From positions 11,114 to 75,113 of the IMG/VR virus record IMGVR_UViG_3300037200_000088: a stretch of DNA of 64,000 nucleotides; one strand, 5' to 3'. The notes beneath the pieces were generated by a model. It worked only from the letters and a program-made list of their open reading frames with translations. It made no database searches and had not been told where the DNA came from. The DNA comes from a virus. Position numbers and translations under genes: made by a program. Shown piece after piece: positions 55,929-64,000 of this stretch (the stretch's first letter is position 1; every line of letters starts with the position of its first letter).

Positions 55929-56399
55929 ATGGGCCTAGATATCACGTACTACCGCGGTCTTGAGCAAACGGACTATGCGCCTCGCGACCAATACGGGAAT
56001 CTTTCCTTCTACTGGATGTATTTCGAGCCTCGGCATATGTCCGCCTCGGAGGAGCATTGGCCCGGTCGCGGCGCTCCAATCAAGCTAGATGCGATCTACC
56101 GCCATCTAGAGCGGGGAAATTTTCGCGCCGGGTCCTATAGCGGCTATGGCGAATGGCGGCGATGGCTTTCCACGATCGCGCCGCTTCCGGCCTTCGCGGA
56201 GCTAATCAATTTCTCGGATTGCGAAGGCGTGATTGGCAGCGTTGTGGCGTCCAAACTCGCGAAGGACTTCGCTGAGTATGAAAACGTCGCCTTGGAAAAG
56301 GCTCCCGCAAACGATGGCGACTGGTTTGTAGGCCAGTATCGAAAGTGGAGGCGCGCCTTCGAGACCGCCAGCGTTGATGGCGCTGTCGAGTTTCACTGA
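55929..56399 (+). CDS. Hypothetical phage protein
   Basis: MGLDI..FRAGSYSGY..WR..F.ELINFSDCEGVIG..KLAKDF..GAVEFH. Confidence 0.75.
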   Translation: MGLDITYYRGLEQTDYAPRDQYGNLSFYWMYFEPRHMSASEEHWPGRGAPIKLDAIYRHLERGNFRAGSYSGYGEWRRWLSTIAPLPAFAELINFSDCEGVIGSVVASKLAKDFAEYENVALEKAPANDGDWFVGQYRKWRRAFETASVDGAVEFH

Positions 56400-56401
56400 C
56401 C

Positions 56402-56605
56402 ATGCCCCTCCTCACCCAATCCCATCGCGCCGCCGTTCGCCGGGAACTCGAAGCTCTCGGATATTCGGAAGCCGAGATCAAACGAACCATAGCCGACATC
56501 CGCGCCGCGCTTGAGCCGGCCAACGACGACGACGAATCTCCGGTGTCGGATGCGTGGACGAAGCAACTGAGGTCGACGCTGCCTTCGCGCGGCGGACATT
56601 TGTGA
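56402..56605 (+). CDS. Hypothetical protein
   Basis: ORF in operon. Confidence 0.55.
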   Translation: MPLLTQSHRAAVRRELEALGYSEAEIKRTIADIRAALEPANDDDESPVSDAWTKQLRSTLPSRGGHL

Positions 56606-56615
56606 GGTGGCCGCG

Positions 56616-56930
56616 ATGGTAAAATTCATCCTTCCTATTGCTGTCGCAGCCGCAGGGGCTTCCGCCGGAGCATATGCGAATAACTGGTGGGTTTTGCATC
56701 CGACCTGTTCATTCGGCGACCGGCCGATTATCTACAACACCCGCGGTCCTTTCGCTTCGCCCGTAATCGCGATTACGTCCGGGTGGGTGGCGTTCTGCAA
56801 AGACGACACTGGCGTTACCGAGAGCGGTATCGAAGGCCCTGGGCGCGTCGAAAGTATCGACACGTACTGCGGCGAGGGCGCGACCAGATATCTGCTCACC
56901 AACTTCAATGAAGATAGGGAATTTCCATGA
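56616..56930 (+). CDS. Hypothetical secreted/membrane protein
   Basis: GAGG RBS; hydrophobic N-terminus. Confidence 0.55.
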   Translation: MVKFILPIAVAAAGASAGAYANNWWVLHPTCSFGDRPIIYNTRGPFASPVIAITSGWVAFCKDDTGVTESGIEGPGRVESIDTYCGEGATRYLLTNFNEDREFP

Positions 56931-57184
56931 GCGCGAATCTGACCACCTTCGAACGCGTCCACGCCGCACTCACAGTCGCCAACGATCTTGAGGACAAGCT
57001 CGAATTCCTCTGCCAAGGCGGCTACGACGATCTCCGAACCCGCCTGCTTATCAGCGAGGAAGTCATGCTCGCCCATGTCTCAGCTCAGCGAGCGCTGAAG
57101 CATTTGCTGGCGGCGGTGCAGATGGCGGCGAACGCTGAGGCGGATGCGGCAAACCTACGTATCAATCAAATCGCAGCGGAGTGA
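56927..57184 (+). CDS. Hypothetical protein
   Basis: Coupled ORF. Confidence 0.6.
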   Translation: MSANLTTFERVHAALTVANDLEDKLEFLCQGGYDDLRTRLLISEEVMLAHVSAQRALKHLLAAVQMAANAEADAANLRINQIAAE

Positions 57185-57612
57185 GGCGCATGCGCTTTCT
57201 ACCAGACCACGCCATGATCGCAATAGCCGCCATATGCCATATCGCGATCAATTCAAGCCCTGAGGGGGAAAAAGCCTGCGCGGGAGACATATGCCGCGCG
57301 CTCAAGGTTAAGCAACGTTATCTTGAAACGTTCTTCCAGGGCGCCCGTAGGGCGCATCTACTCCGGAGCGTAAGAGGCCCTAAGGGCGGCTATACCCTGG
57401 CAACCGACGCCGAGCTAATCACAGTCGCGGATGTTCTGCGCGTGATTGACGATGTCAGCACGGCGTCTGACGAGTTATCAGCCGACCCCTCGATTATGAA
57501 AGACGCGGTCAAGCCAATGCTCGATGACGCATTCTTGCCTGCTGTAGCCAATTTAAAGCGATTGACAATCGCGGACATTTGTCTGCGCCCAATCGCATGC
57601 GCGGCGGAGTGA
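57181..57612 (+). CDS. Rrf2-family transcriptional regulator
   Basis: RYLE..F...R.AHLLRSVRGPKGGYTLA..AELITVADVLRVID. Confidence 0.85.
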   Translation: MRRMRFLPDHAMIAIAAICHIAINSSPEGEKACAGDICRALKVKQRYLETFFQGARRAHLLRSVRGPKGGYTLATDAELITVADVLRVIDDVSTASDELSADPSIMKDAVKPMLDDAFLPAVANLKRLTIADICLRPIACAAE

Positions 57613-57615
57613 ACC

Positions 57616-57906
57616 ATGCCAAACCGCGACACCTGCTCATCCTGCCAGTTCTTTCAGCCGAGAGCCGACATGCCCGATTTTGGCTCTTGCAGAATTAGGG
57701 CCGCGCAGTTCAATGCAACCGATTCCGCATTCCCGCCCATCTCGGCGATTGATTGGTGCGCGGAGCATCAGCCTGTTGGGTCGCCCAAGAGCGAGTCCGA
57801 CCTGAGGCGCGCCGCGACGCACTTACTCGGCGCGCTCGCCAGTCAATCATATCCGATATCGATAGACACTGCAAAAGACGAGCTTCGGGAGGTCCTCGGG
57901 TCATGA
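57616..57906 (+). CDS. Small Cys-rich hypothetical protein
   Basis: CSSCQFF..GSCR..FP....DWCAEH. Confidence 0.65.
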   Translation: MPNRDTCSSCQFFQPRADMPDFGSCRIRAAQFNATDSAFPPISAIDWCAEHQPVGSPKSESDLRRAATHLLGALASQSYPISIDTAKDELREVLGS

Positions 57907-58013
57907 GCAAATTCTTCCGTGCTGCCTTCCCAGACTTGGGGGAGCGGCTGGCCTTCGCCGGGGTGTGTCTGTGGGCGTGCGTTTGGCTGATGGCTTGGAG
58001 TGCGGTGCCATGA
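57903..58013 (+). CDS. Tiny membrane protein
   Basis: GGAGG RBS; one TM segment; coupled to the next gene. Confidence 0.5.
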   Translation: MSKFFRAAFPDLGERLAFAGVCLWACVWLMAWSAVP

Positions 58014-58225
58014 GCGAGACGCCGAAGCTCACACTGGCAGAGAAGACCGCGAACGCTCTCGCCTCATGCCGGGACATTCACTGGCCGACGGCAATCATGG
58101 ATTCGCTACGCGCTGCAAATCTGAGAGCCGATCAGATTGGTTTCGCCAATTTGGGCGCGGCGATCGAAGCCGAGAGACGCCGCCGGTCAACTGTCGTCGC
58201 TGAGATCGAACGGGAGAAAGTGTGA
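58010..58225 (+). CDS. Hypothetical protein
   Basis: Coupled ORF. Confidence 0.55.
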   Translation: MSETPKLTLAEKTANALASCRDIHWPTAIMDSLRAANLRADQIGFANLGAAIEAERRRRSTVVAEIEREKV

Positions 58226-59112
58226 TGGACACTCTAGAAGCCACGCCGACCGCTGAAGCCCAAGTCTCCGAGACGCGGCAATCGGTGGGGGAGATCGTCG
58301 AAGCCCGGCAGGCGCCCGCGCCCGTGGCGGGGATCGACGATCCTATCATGGCGCTGATCCGAGACCCGTCGATCGACCTTGAGCGCGTCAAGGCGTTCCT
58401 CTCGCTGCGCCGGGAACTCGCTGACGAGGAAGAGCGAAAGCGGAAAGATATGATCGCGGAACAGGCTCGGCGCGAATTCAACGCGGCGCTGCTGGCGTGC
58501 AAGAAAGAAATCCCGATCGTCATCAAAAACGCCGAAAACACAGAGACGCATTCGCAATACTCGACGCTCGACCAGATCGGCGAGGCGATTGACCATATCA
58601 TCAACAGACACGGCTTCACGCCGAGCTTCTATCCCCTCCCGAGCACCAAAGAGGGATTTGTCAAGGTCGAGTGCCTGTTGGCGCATTCCGGCGGTCATGA
58701 ACGCCGTTTCGAAGCGGAATTGCCCTTCGATGTTGCGGGGCCAAAGGGCGGGACAACGAAAACCCAAATCCACGGTTGGAAGTCGGCCACGACCTACGCG
58801 CGCAAGGCCCTCACGGAAATGATCTTCGATATCAAATCGAAGAAAATGGACGATGACGGAAATGCTGCCGGTAAGCCGAAAGGCGTCATCAGCGACGATC
58901 AGGTCGCCGAACTCCGAAGTCTCATCATTGAGGCAAACCCGGACCCGAAGCTCATCCCCCAGTTCATCGAAGACATGCTCGGCTATTTGAAGGCGCACAG
59001 CATCGAAGCGATGACGATCCCGCAGTTCACGAAGGCGCGTGCGGGAATCAGGAAACAGATTGCCGACGAACAGGCCGCGAGAAAGCCTGATCAGAAAGGA
59101 CGTGCGGTATGA
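58222..59112 (+). CDS. erf: ERF-family single-strand annealing protein
   Basis: I.KNA.N..TH.QYSTLDQI...HGF...LAHSGGH...KTQIHG..SATTYARK..DDDGN. Confidence 0.85.
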   Translation: MMDTLEATPTAEAQVSETRQSVGEIVEARQAPAPVAGIDDPIMALIRDPSIDLERVKAFLSLRRELADEEERKRKDMIAEQARREFNAALLACKKEIPIVIKNAENTETHSQYSTLDQIGEAIDHIINRHGFTPSFYPLPSTKEGFVKVECLLAHSGGHERRFEAELPFDVAGPKGGTTKTQIHGWKSATTYARKALTEMIFDIKSKKMDDDGNAAGKPKGVISDDQVAELRSLIIEANPDPKLIPQFIEDMLGYLKAHSIEAMTIPQFTKARAGIRKQIADEQAARKPDQKGRAV

Positions 59113-59750
59113 GCGACGTCGCGCAGGGCACAGAGGCATGGCGGCTCGAAAGGGTCGGCCATGTCACCGGATCACGCATTTCCGAGGTGATGGCGAAGAT
59201 CAAGTCGGGCGGCTACAGCGCGAGTCGCGCCGCCTACATGGGGGAATTGCTGGTCGAGCGGCTGAGCGGCGCACCAGTCGAAAAGTTTCAATCGGCCGCA
59301 ATGAAGCGCGGAACCGAAATGGAGCCGCAAGCACGTGCCGCGTACACCTTCCTGAGACGCGAGGCAGTCGAGGAAGTGGGTTTCTGCCTGCATCCGACAA
59401 TCCCCATGGCGGGCGCGTCCGCTGACGGTTTGGTCGGTGACGTCGGGATCGTGGAATTCAAAAATCCAGAGATCCACACACACGTCGATACCCTGCTCGG
59501 CGCCAGCATCCCGAAGGCGTACCGGGACCAAGCGCAATTCAATTTGGCATGCCGACCTGAGCGACAGTGGGTCGACTTCGTGTCCCACTGCGATCTCATG
59601 CCGGCCGGGATGGACGTGTTCATTCAACGCATCCCGCGCGACGACGCCTATATCGCCGAGATCGAGACAGAGGTTCGCAAGTTTTTAGCCGAACTCGCCG
59701 CGAAGGTTGCCGCGCTGCGCGCTCGCTACGGGCAGGACGAGGCGGCCTAA
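59109..59750 (+). CDS. YqaJ / lambda-exonuclease family protein
   Basis: QGTEAW...R.G.VTGSR; MKRGTEMEP.AR; GASADGLVG..EFKNP. Confidence 0.92.
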   Translation: MSDVAQGTEAWRLERVGHVTGSRISEVMAKIKSGGYSASRAAYMGELLVERLSGAPVEKFQSAAMKRGTEMEPQARAAYTFLRREAVEEVGFCLHPTIPMAGASADGLVGDVGIVEFKNPEIHTHVDTLLGASIPKAYRDQAQFNLACRPERQWVDFVSHCDLMPAGMDVFIQRIPRDDAYIAEIETEVRKFLAELAAKVAALRARYGQDEAA

Positions 59751-59751
59751 G

Positions 59752-60339
59752 ATGATCCTTTTCTTCGACACTGAAACGACGGGGTTTGTTGACGAGCGCA
59801 TGCCGTTTGATCACGAATGCCAGCCGCATCTTGTGCAGCTTGCCGCGCAACTCTGCGACGACGTCGGCAAGGTCGTATCAGGATTTTCCTTCATCGTGGA
59901 CCCGGCCAAAGACGGCGCGTCCATTCCCGAAAAGGCTTCCGCCGTCCACGGAATAACGAATGAGGTCGCGGGTCGACTAGGGGTAGCGCGCGCCTTCGCT
60001 CTCACGGCTTTCTCGCATCTATATCAGCGGCGCGATTTGTTTGTCGCTCACAACATCAAATTCGACAAGGCGGTCATCGAGATTGCGATCGGTCGGCACA
60101 ACGGCCGCGCAAAGGATCTGGATAGGACGGCGTTCTGCACGATGGAGGCTGCCGCGCCGATCGTCAATCTTCCGCCGACCGAGCGAATGCTCGCTGCTGG
60201 AATTAGAAAGCCAAAAGCCCCGAAGCTTGAAGAGTGCGTCAAACATTTCTTCGGCGAAACGCTCGACGGTGCGCACGACGCGATGGTCGACGTAGAGGCG
60301 TGTCGGCGCGTCTACTTTTATATCAAGGGGCTTGCCTGA
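59752..60339 (+). CDS. DEDDh 3'-5' exonuclease (DnaQ-like)
   Basis: FFDTETTG; VAHNIKFD; GAHDAMVDV. Confidence 0.92.
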   Translation: MILFFDTETTGFVDERMPFDHECQPHLVQLAAQLCDDVGKVVSGFSFIVDPAKDGASIPEKASAVHGITNEVAGRLGVARAFALTAFSHLYQRRDLFVAHNIKFDKAVIEIAIGRHNGRAKDLDRTAFCTMEAAAPIVNLPPTERMLAAGIRKPKAPKLEECVKHFFGETLDGAHDAMVDVEACRRVYFYIKGLA

Positions 60340-60851
60340 TGACTGAGCCAATCCTCGCCGAATGGACAGACGAAGGCACCTTCAAGCCTCTCGGGCGCCA
60401 CGCCAAAGCCTGCGACGCGCGGTTCACGATTGGCGAGCGCTATTTCATTGACCCGGAAGCGCCGCGGAACATGGCCACGCATCGTGCCTATTTCGCGCAA
60501 ATCAAAGACGGTTGGCTCAATTTGCCTGAAGCAATCGCGGCGGACCATCCCTCGCCGGAGCACTTGCGCAAGTTCGCGTTGGTTCAATGCGGCTACGCTG
60601 ACGAGAAAACAATCCTGTGTCGCACGAATAAGGACGCGGTTATGGCCGCAGCGTTCATCGGGGCAATGGACGGTTTCGCCATCGTCGATGTCAGGGGCAA
60701 CGTCCTGAAGGCGTGGAAGCCGAGATCGCAGTCTGTCAAGGCGATGGGCGCCGACGAATTTAAGCGCAGCAAATCCGCAGTCTTGGACTTCATCAGCGGC
60801 ATGATTGGCGTCTCGCCCGCTTCGCTCGAACACGCGGGAGAGGCGGCGTAG
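60339..60851 (+). CDS. NinB/DUF1367-like recombination-associated protein
   Basis: RN.ATHRAYFA..W.NLPE..EHLRK.AL..SQS.KAM..DEF..SK..VLD. Confidence 0.55.
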   Translation: MTEPILAEWTDEGTFKPLGRHAKACDARFTIGERYFIDPEAPRNMATHRAYFAQIKDGWLNLPEAIAADHPSPEHLRKFALVQCGYADEKTILCRTNKDAVMAAAFIGAMDGFAIVDVRGNVLKAWKPRSQSVKAMGADEFKRSKSAVLDFISGMIGVSPASLEHAGEAA

Positions 60852-61243
60852 TGGCGCATCGGCAGAATTTCGGCCGGGGAGCCAAACGCGAGATCGCCAA
60901 GCGCGCGGTCAACGCGATCGGTGTCCCGTGCTGTGAAAACTGCGGAGCAACGGGTGTCCCGCGCGAATTCCATCATCTTGAACAAGACGCCATGAAGACG
61001 CCAGAGGCGAAGCAACGAAAACTGACTGCGGCGGACGGAGCTCTTTGGTGCGTGCCGTGTCATCGCCCGGAATCGAAAAAGCAGGCGGCCGTGCTGGCGA
61101 AGGTCGAGGCGGTCGAGGCCCGGCATTGGTTGCCGCGCAAGCCCTCGACGCTCCGCAGTCGCGGGTTCGCCCCGCCGGCGGCGAAAGACAGATCGTTGAA
61201 AAAGCCGCTGCCAGATCGGCGGCAGATGTTTGAGGACGCATGA
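60851..61243 (+). CDS. HNH endonuclease-like protein
   Basis: CENCG...EFHH...LWCVPCH. Confidence 0.75.
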   Translation: MAHRQNFGRGAKREIAKRAVNAIGVPCCENCGATGVPREFHHLEQDAMKTPEAKQRKLTAADGALWCVPCHRPESKKQAAVLAKVEAVEARHWLPRKPSTLRSRGFAPPAAKDRSLKKPLPDRRQMFEDA

Positions 61244-62982
61244 CAATCGCAATCGTTGGCCGTACCGGTTCCGGCAAATCGTATTCCGCCAAAGGCCTTA
61301 TCGAGCCCGAACTGGAGAGCGGTGCGCGCGTATGCGTCATTGACCCGACGGGCGCGTGGTGGGGCTTGCGGCTTCGTCCTGACGGCGTGACCCCGGCATT
61401 CCCCGTCGTGATCTTCGGCGGCGACCATGCCGACGTGCCGATTGCTGCTGACCAGGGCGAGCGGCTTGCCGACGTTGTCGTGGACGGCCGCGCGGCGCAA
61501 AGCGTGGTCGACGTCTCGGACATGAGCACCGGCGAGCAAATAAGGTTCCTGACGCCCTTTCTGGAGCGCCTGTACACGCGCAATCGCACACCGCTGACGC
61601 TCGTCATGGACGAGGCCGACCTGATGGCGCCGCAGCAGGGCATGCCCGAGCAAATGCGTCTCAAAGGCGCGACGAACAAGATAGTGCGCCGCGGTCGGAT
61701 CAAGGGCTTTCGCCCGATCATGATCACACAGCGGCCGGCCGTGCTCGACAAGAGCGTGCTTTCCCAAATCGACACGCTGATCGCGATGCGGCTCACGTCG
61801 CCCCAGGACCGCAAGGCGATCGAGGAGTGGGTCAAGGGCAATGCTGACGAGGGGGAGGCGCGCAGGGTTCTCGGGACGCTCGCTTCGCTCAAACGCGGCG
61901 ACGGCTGGTTTTGGGCTCCGCATGACGATGTGCTCGAGCGGAGGGCGTTCCCGGCGATCAAGACGTTCGATAGTTCACGGGCGCCGGAGGCTGGCGAGAC
62001 ACCGCGAGACATATCGCCGGCGGCGCTAGCTGATCTCGACGGGCTGCGCGCGGCGTTCGCGCCCTCAGCGACTGAAAAATCGACGTCAAAATATAACTCA
62101 AAAAATAACGATGGCGCTGATCTGGTCGAGGCAGAGACGCGAGGCTTTGCGAAGGGCGTCCAGGCAGCGGCAGCGCACATTCGCCATTGGACGCTGATCT
62201 ATTCCCGGTCGCCCACTGCGGGCGAGCGCGAGCTGACCATTCATGATCGCTCGCCAATCGGCCATCTGATCGCTGGCGAAATCGAGACGCTGTTGCCGCG
62301 CGGACTCTCTGTTCACCTTGCGCCTGCCGCGGCGCCAATGAGCGTCGACACCGCCAGCGCGAACGGGAACGTTGTGCGCGCGTGCTCGCGAAGCATGAAC
62401 CTGCTCGACACAGTAGCGCAGCCGCCACGGCAGTTTGACCCGGCCCAAGCCAAGCAGGACATGCCACCGATCAGGCGTCGCGCCGCTAAAGCAGTCGGGG
62501 TCGTCTACAACAGCGCGGCGCGCAAGATGCTGGACGTTCTCGATACGAACCCGCCCGTGCGCCGTTCCTGGACACAGGTTGCGACGCTAGCCGGATTGAA
62601 GGCTCGCGGCGGCCACTTCAATGCGGGCCGGAAGGAGTTGGTCGACTCCGGGATGCTCGCCGAGAATGGCGGCCTGGTCTCAATCATCAGCCCAAGCAAA
62701 GGCGCGGCGTTTGCTTCGGTTGATCCGGCGGCGCTTGTCGAGCTTTGGGCCGCCAGTCTCAGCGGCGCGGCGCCGAAGATACTGCGCTCGCTGTTTCAAG
62801 CGAAGGGGCGCTTGCCGCGTTCCGCGATTGCTGATCGCCTGGGAATGCAACCTCGCGGCGGCCACTGGAATGCGGCTTGGAAAGAGCTTCGCGACAACGA
62901 AATCGTTTCGCTCGACGGCGACGTGGCGACGCTAACCGAACTGTTCCGCGTGCGCGACGAAGCGCTGAAGGAACGAGGCTGA
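61240..62982 (+). CDS. HerA/FtsK-like P-loop ATPase (DUF87-like) with two C-terminal winged-helix repeats
   Basis: GRTGSGKS; VIDPTGAW; VMDEAD; GRIKG; ITQRPA.LDK.VLSQ. Confidence 0.88.
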   Translation: MTIAIVGRTGSGKSYSAKGLIEPELESGARVCVIDPTGAWWGLRLRPDGVTPAFPVVIFGGDHADVPIAADQGERLADVVVDGRAAQSVVDVSDMSTGEQIRFLTPFLERLYTRNRTPLTLVMDEADLMAPQQGMPEQMRLKGATNKIVRRGRIKGFRPIMITQRPAVLDKSVLSQIDTLIAMRLTSPQDRKAIEEWVKGNADEGEARRVLGTLASLKRGDGWFWAPHDDVLERRAFPAIKTFDSSRAPEAGETPRDISPAALADLDGLRAAFAPSATEKSTSKYNSKNNDGADLVEAETRGFAKGVQAAAAHIRHWTLIYSRSPTAGERELTIHDRSPIGHLIAGEIETLLPRGLSVHLAPAAAPMSVDTASANGNVVRACSRSMNLLDTVAQPPRQFDPAQAKQDMPPIRRRAAKAVGVVYNSAARKMLDVLDTNPPVRRSWTQVATLAGLKARGGHFNAGRKELVDSGMLAENGGLVSIISPSKGAAFASVDPAALVELWAASLSGAAPKILRSLFQAKGRLPRSAIADRLGMQPRGGHWNAAWKELRDNEIVSLDGDVATLTELFRVRDEALKERG

Positions 62983-62984
62983 CC

Positions 62985-63224
62985 ATGGGCAAGAAGAACA
63001 ACAAAGAGATCGTCGAGGCGATAGCGACGGCGATCGAGGCTAAGATGTTCGCGCCGCATGAGCTTCCGCTCGATGCGGAATTGCACGCGAAATATCTTGA
63101 CACGGCCCGCAAAGCGCTCGCCGTCGCCAAACCGCTGATCATCGATCAATGGATACGCAAGTTTGTGAAAGAGAGCGCAACAAAGCGGCGCGGCAAGAGC
63201 GCCGGTCGCAAATCGCGGGAATGA
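62985..63224 (+). CDS. Hypothetical protein
   Basis: GAGG RBS. Confidence 0.6.
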   Translation: MGKKNNKEIVEAIATAIEAKMFAPHELPLDAELHAKYLDTARKALAVAKPLIIDQWIRKFVKESATKRRGKSAGRKSRE

Positions 63225-63242
63225 CAATGGGGAGACGCGAAC

Positions 63243-64000
63243 GTGATTGACGCGCGAAAAGCGGCCGAAACCGTCGAGATGCTCGGTTGCATCGTCGAGG
63301 TGATGAAAAAGGACAAACTCACTATGCGAGCCGTCGTTGACGGTCCCCCCCCCGGCGCGTTGCGGAAAACGGAGGCCATCCCCGAGAGTGGTGATAAGGC
63401 TTTCGAGGGTGTGACGATCGCGGAATTCAAGCCCTGCCGCTTGGACATGGCTGACTCCGGCATGACGCAATGGTTCTTTGAGGACGTCGGCTACGTCGCC
63501 AAGCCCGCGTTCCCCGGCCTGTATCATTTCATCGATGAACTTCGCGCGATGGATGACGATCGGTTGGTCGGCGTTCAGTTTTGGGGACCGCCGCCGAAGC
63601 CTCCTGCCGAGAGTGGCGATGCGGACGGCAGGGAGACACAGGCGATCGTCACCCCTGGAAACGCACTATGGGAATTGGGCAAAGCGCGCGCCGAGATCGC
63701 CACGCTACGGGCCGCGCTGGAGGGGCTGAGAGAAGCTGCCGTCCCGTTCGCCGACATATCGGAACCCGATGAGGGCGGCCCATGGCCAGGACATTTCGAT
63801 CGCCTGCGGACCGCTATTGCAAAAAGCAGGGTTCTTGCTGAACATACCGCTACGCTCGCCGCCCGCGACGCCGAGATCGCCACGCTACGGGGCGAGACGA
63901 CTGAACGAGACGTAATGCTGGCTACAGCCCTCGTCGAAGCCGCCACGCTACGGGCCGCGCTGGAGAAGGCCAAGCAGGCGTTCTTGCTTATCTTGGACGA
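63243..64000 (+). CDS. Modular hypothetical protein, runs off the window end
   Basis: GGGAG RBS, GTG 63243, open to the window end (translated by hand); repeated (AEI)ATLR(AALE) segments. Confidence 0.6.
   Translation, partial: MIDARKAAETVEMLGCIVEVMKKDKLTMRAVVDGPPPGALRKTEAIPESGDKAFEGVTIAEFKPCRLDMADSGMTQWFFEDVGYVAKPAFPGLYHFIDELRAMDDDRLVGVQFWGPPPKPPAESGDADGRETQAIVTPGNALWELGKARAEIATLRAALEGLREAAVPFADISEPDEGGPWPGHFDRLRTAIAKSRVLAEHTATLAARDAEIATLRGETTERDVMLATALVEAATLRAALEKAKQAFLLILD

Larger units (their letters stand above)
1..64000. mobile_element. Temperate myovirus-type phage/prophage of an alphaproteobacterium (partial; both ends outside window)
   Basis: Continuous phage gene order: cI/cro switch, recombination, replication, terminase, portal, capsid, sheath/tube, baseplate, fibres; no host housekeeping genes. 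Confidence 0.97.

Noticed and set aside
54800-55945. 381-aa minus-strand ORF with IAARRGRAP repeats
   Set aside because: Reverse reading of the 27-bp repeat; the plus frame has the RBS, promoter and family motifs
60909-62180. 423-aa minus-strand ORF
   Set aside because: Antisense shadow of the HerA-like ATPase
63345-63353. C9 tract as a phase-variation switch
   Set aside because: In frame (PPP); no evidence of variability from a single sequence
1-64000. tRNA/rRNA genes, integrase, att sites, IS elements
   Set aside because: None recognised by eye; tRNAscan-SE and flanking sequence would be needed to exclude them

Overview
The whole window is part of one temperate, contractile-tailed (myovirus-type) phage or prophage of a high-GC alphaproteobacterium. 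The host call rests on GcrA, GapR-like, DnaA-C and Rrf2 homologues. From ~53.5 kb leftwards (minus strand) the order is: cro, early/replication genes, a Q-position gene, small genes, terS/terL, portal (DUF1073), head (DUF2213 protease, scaffold, cement, DUF2184 capsid), neck, sheath (DUF3383), tube (DUF3277), frameshifting chaperone, tape measure, baseplate, then a long fibre/spike cluster. From 53.6 kb rightwards (plus strand) lie cI and the PL-type operon (ERF, YqaJ exonuclease, DnaQ-like exonuclease, HNH, HerA-like ATPase). No integrase or recognisable endolysin is in the window. Four observations stand out. (1) Two complete, translationally coupled paralogous tape-measure genes share N- and C-termini but carry different enzyme cassettes, one lysozyme-like and one an SGNH esterase; this suggests a two-enzyme cell-wall-breaching injection system. 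(2) Three consecutive spike/depolymerase-like genes all begin with Sec-type signal peptides and follow an RcGTA head-spike-base-like gene. (3) Five free-standing GIY-YIG/HNH genes each lie beside a short A/T-ending-codon patch in the neighbouring essential gene. (4) Several structural modules are serially duplicated. All family assignments come from motifs and gene order read by eye; no searches were run.
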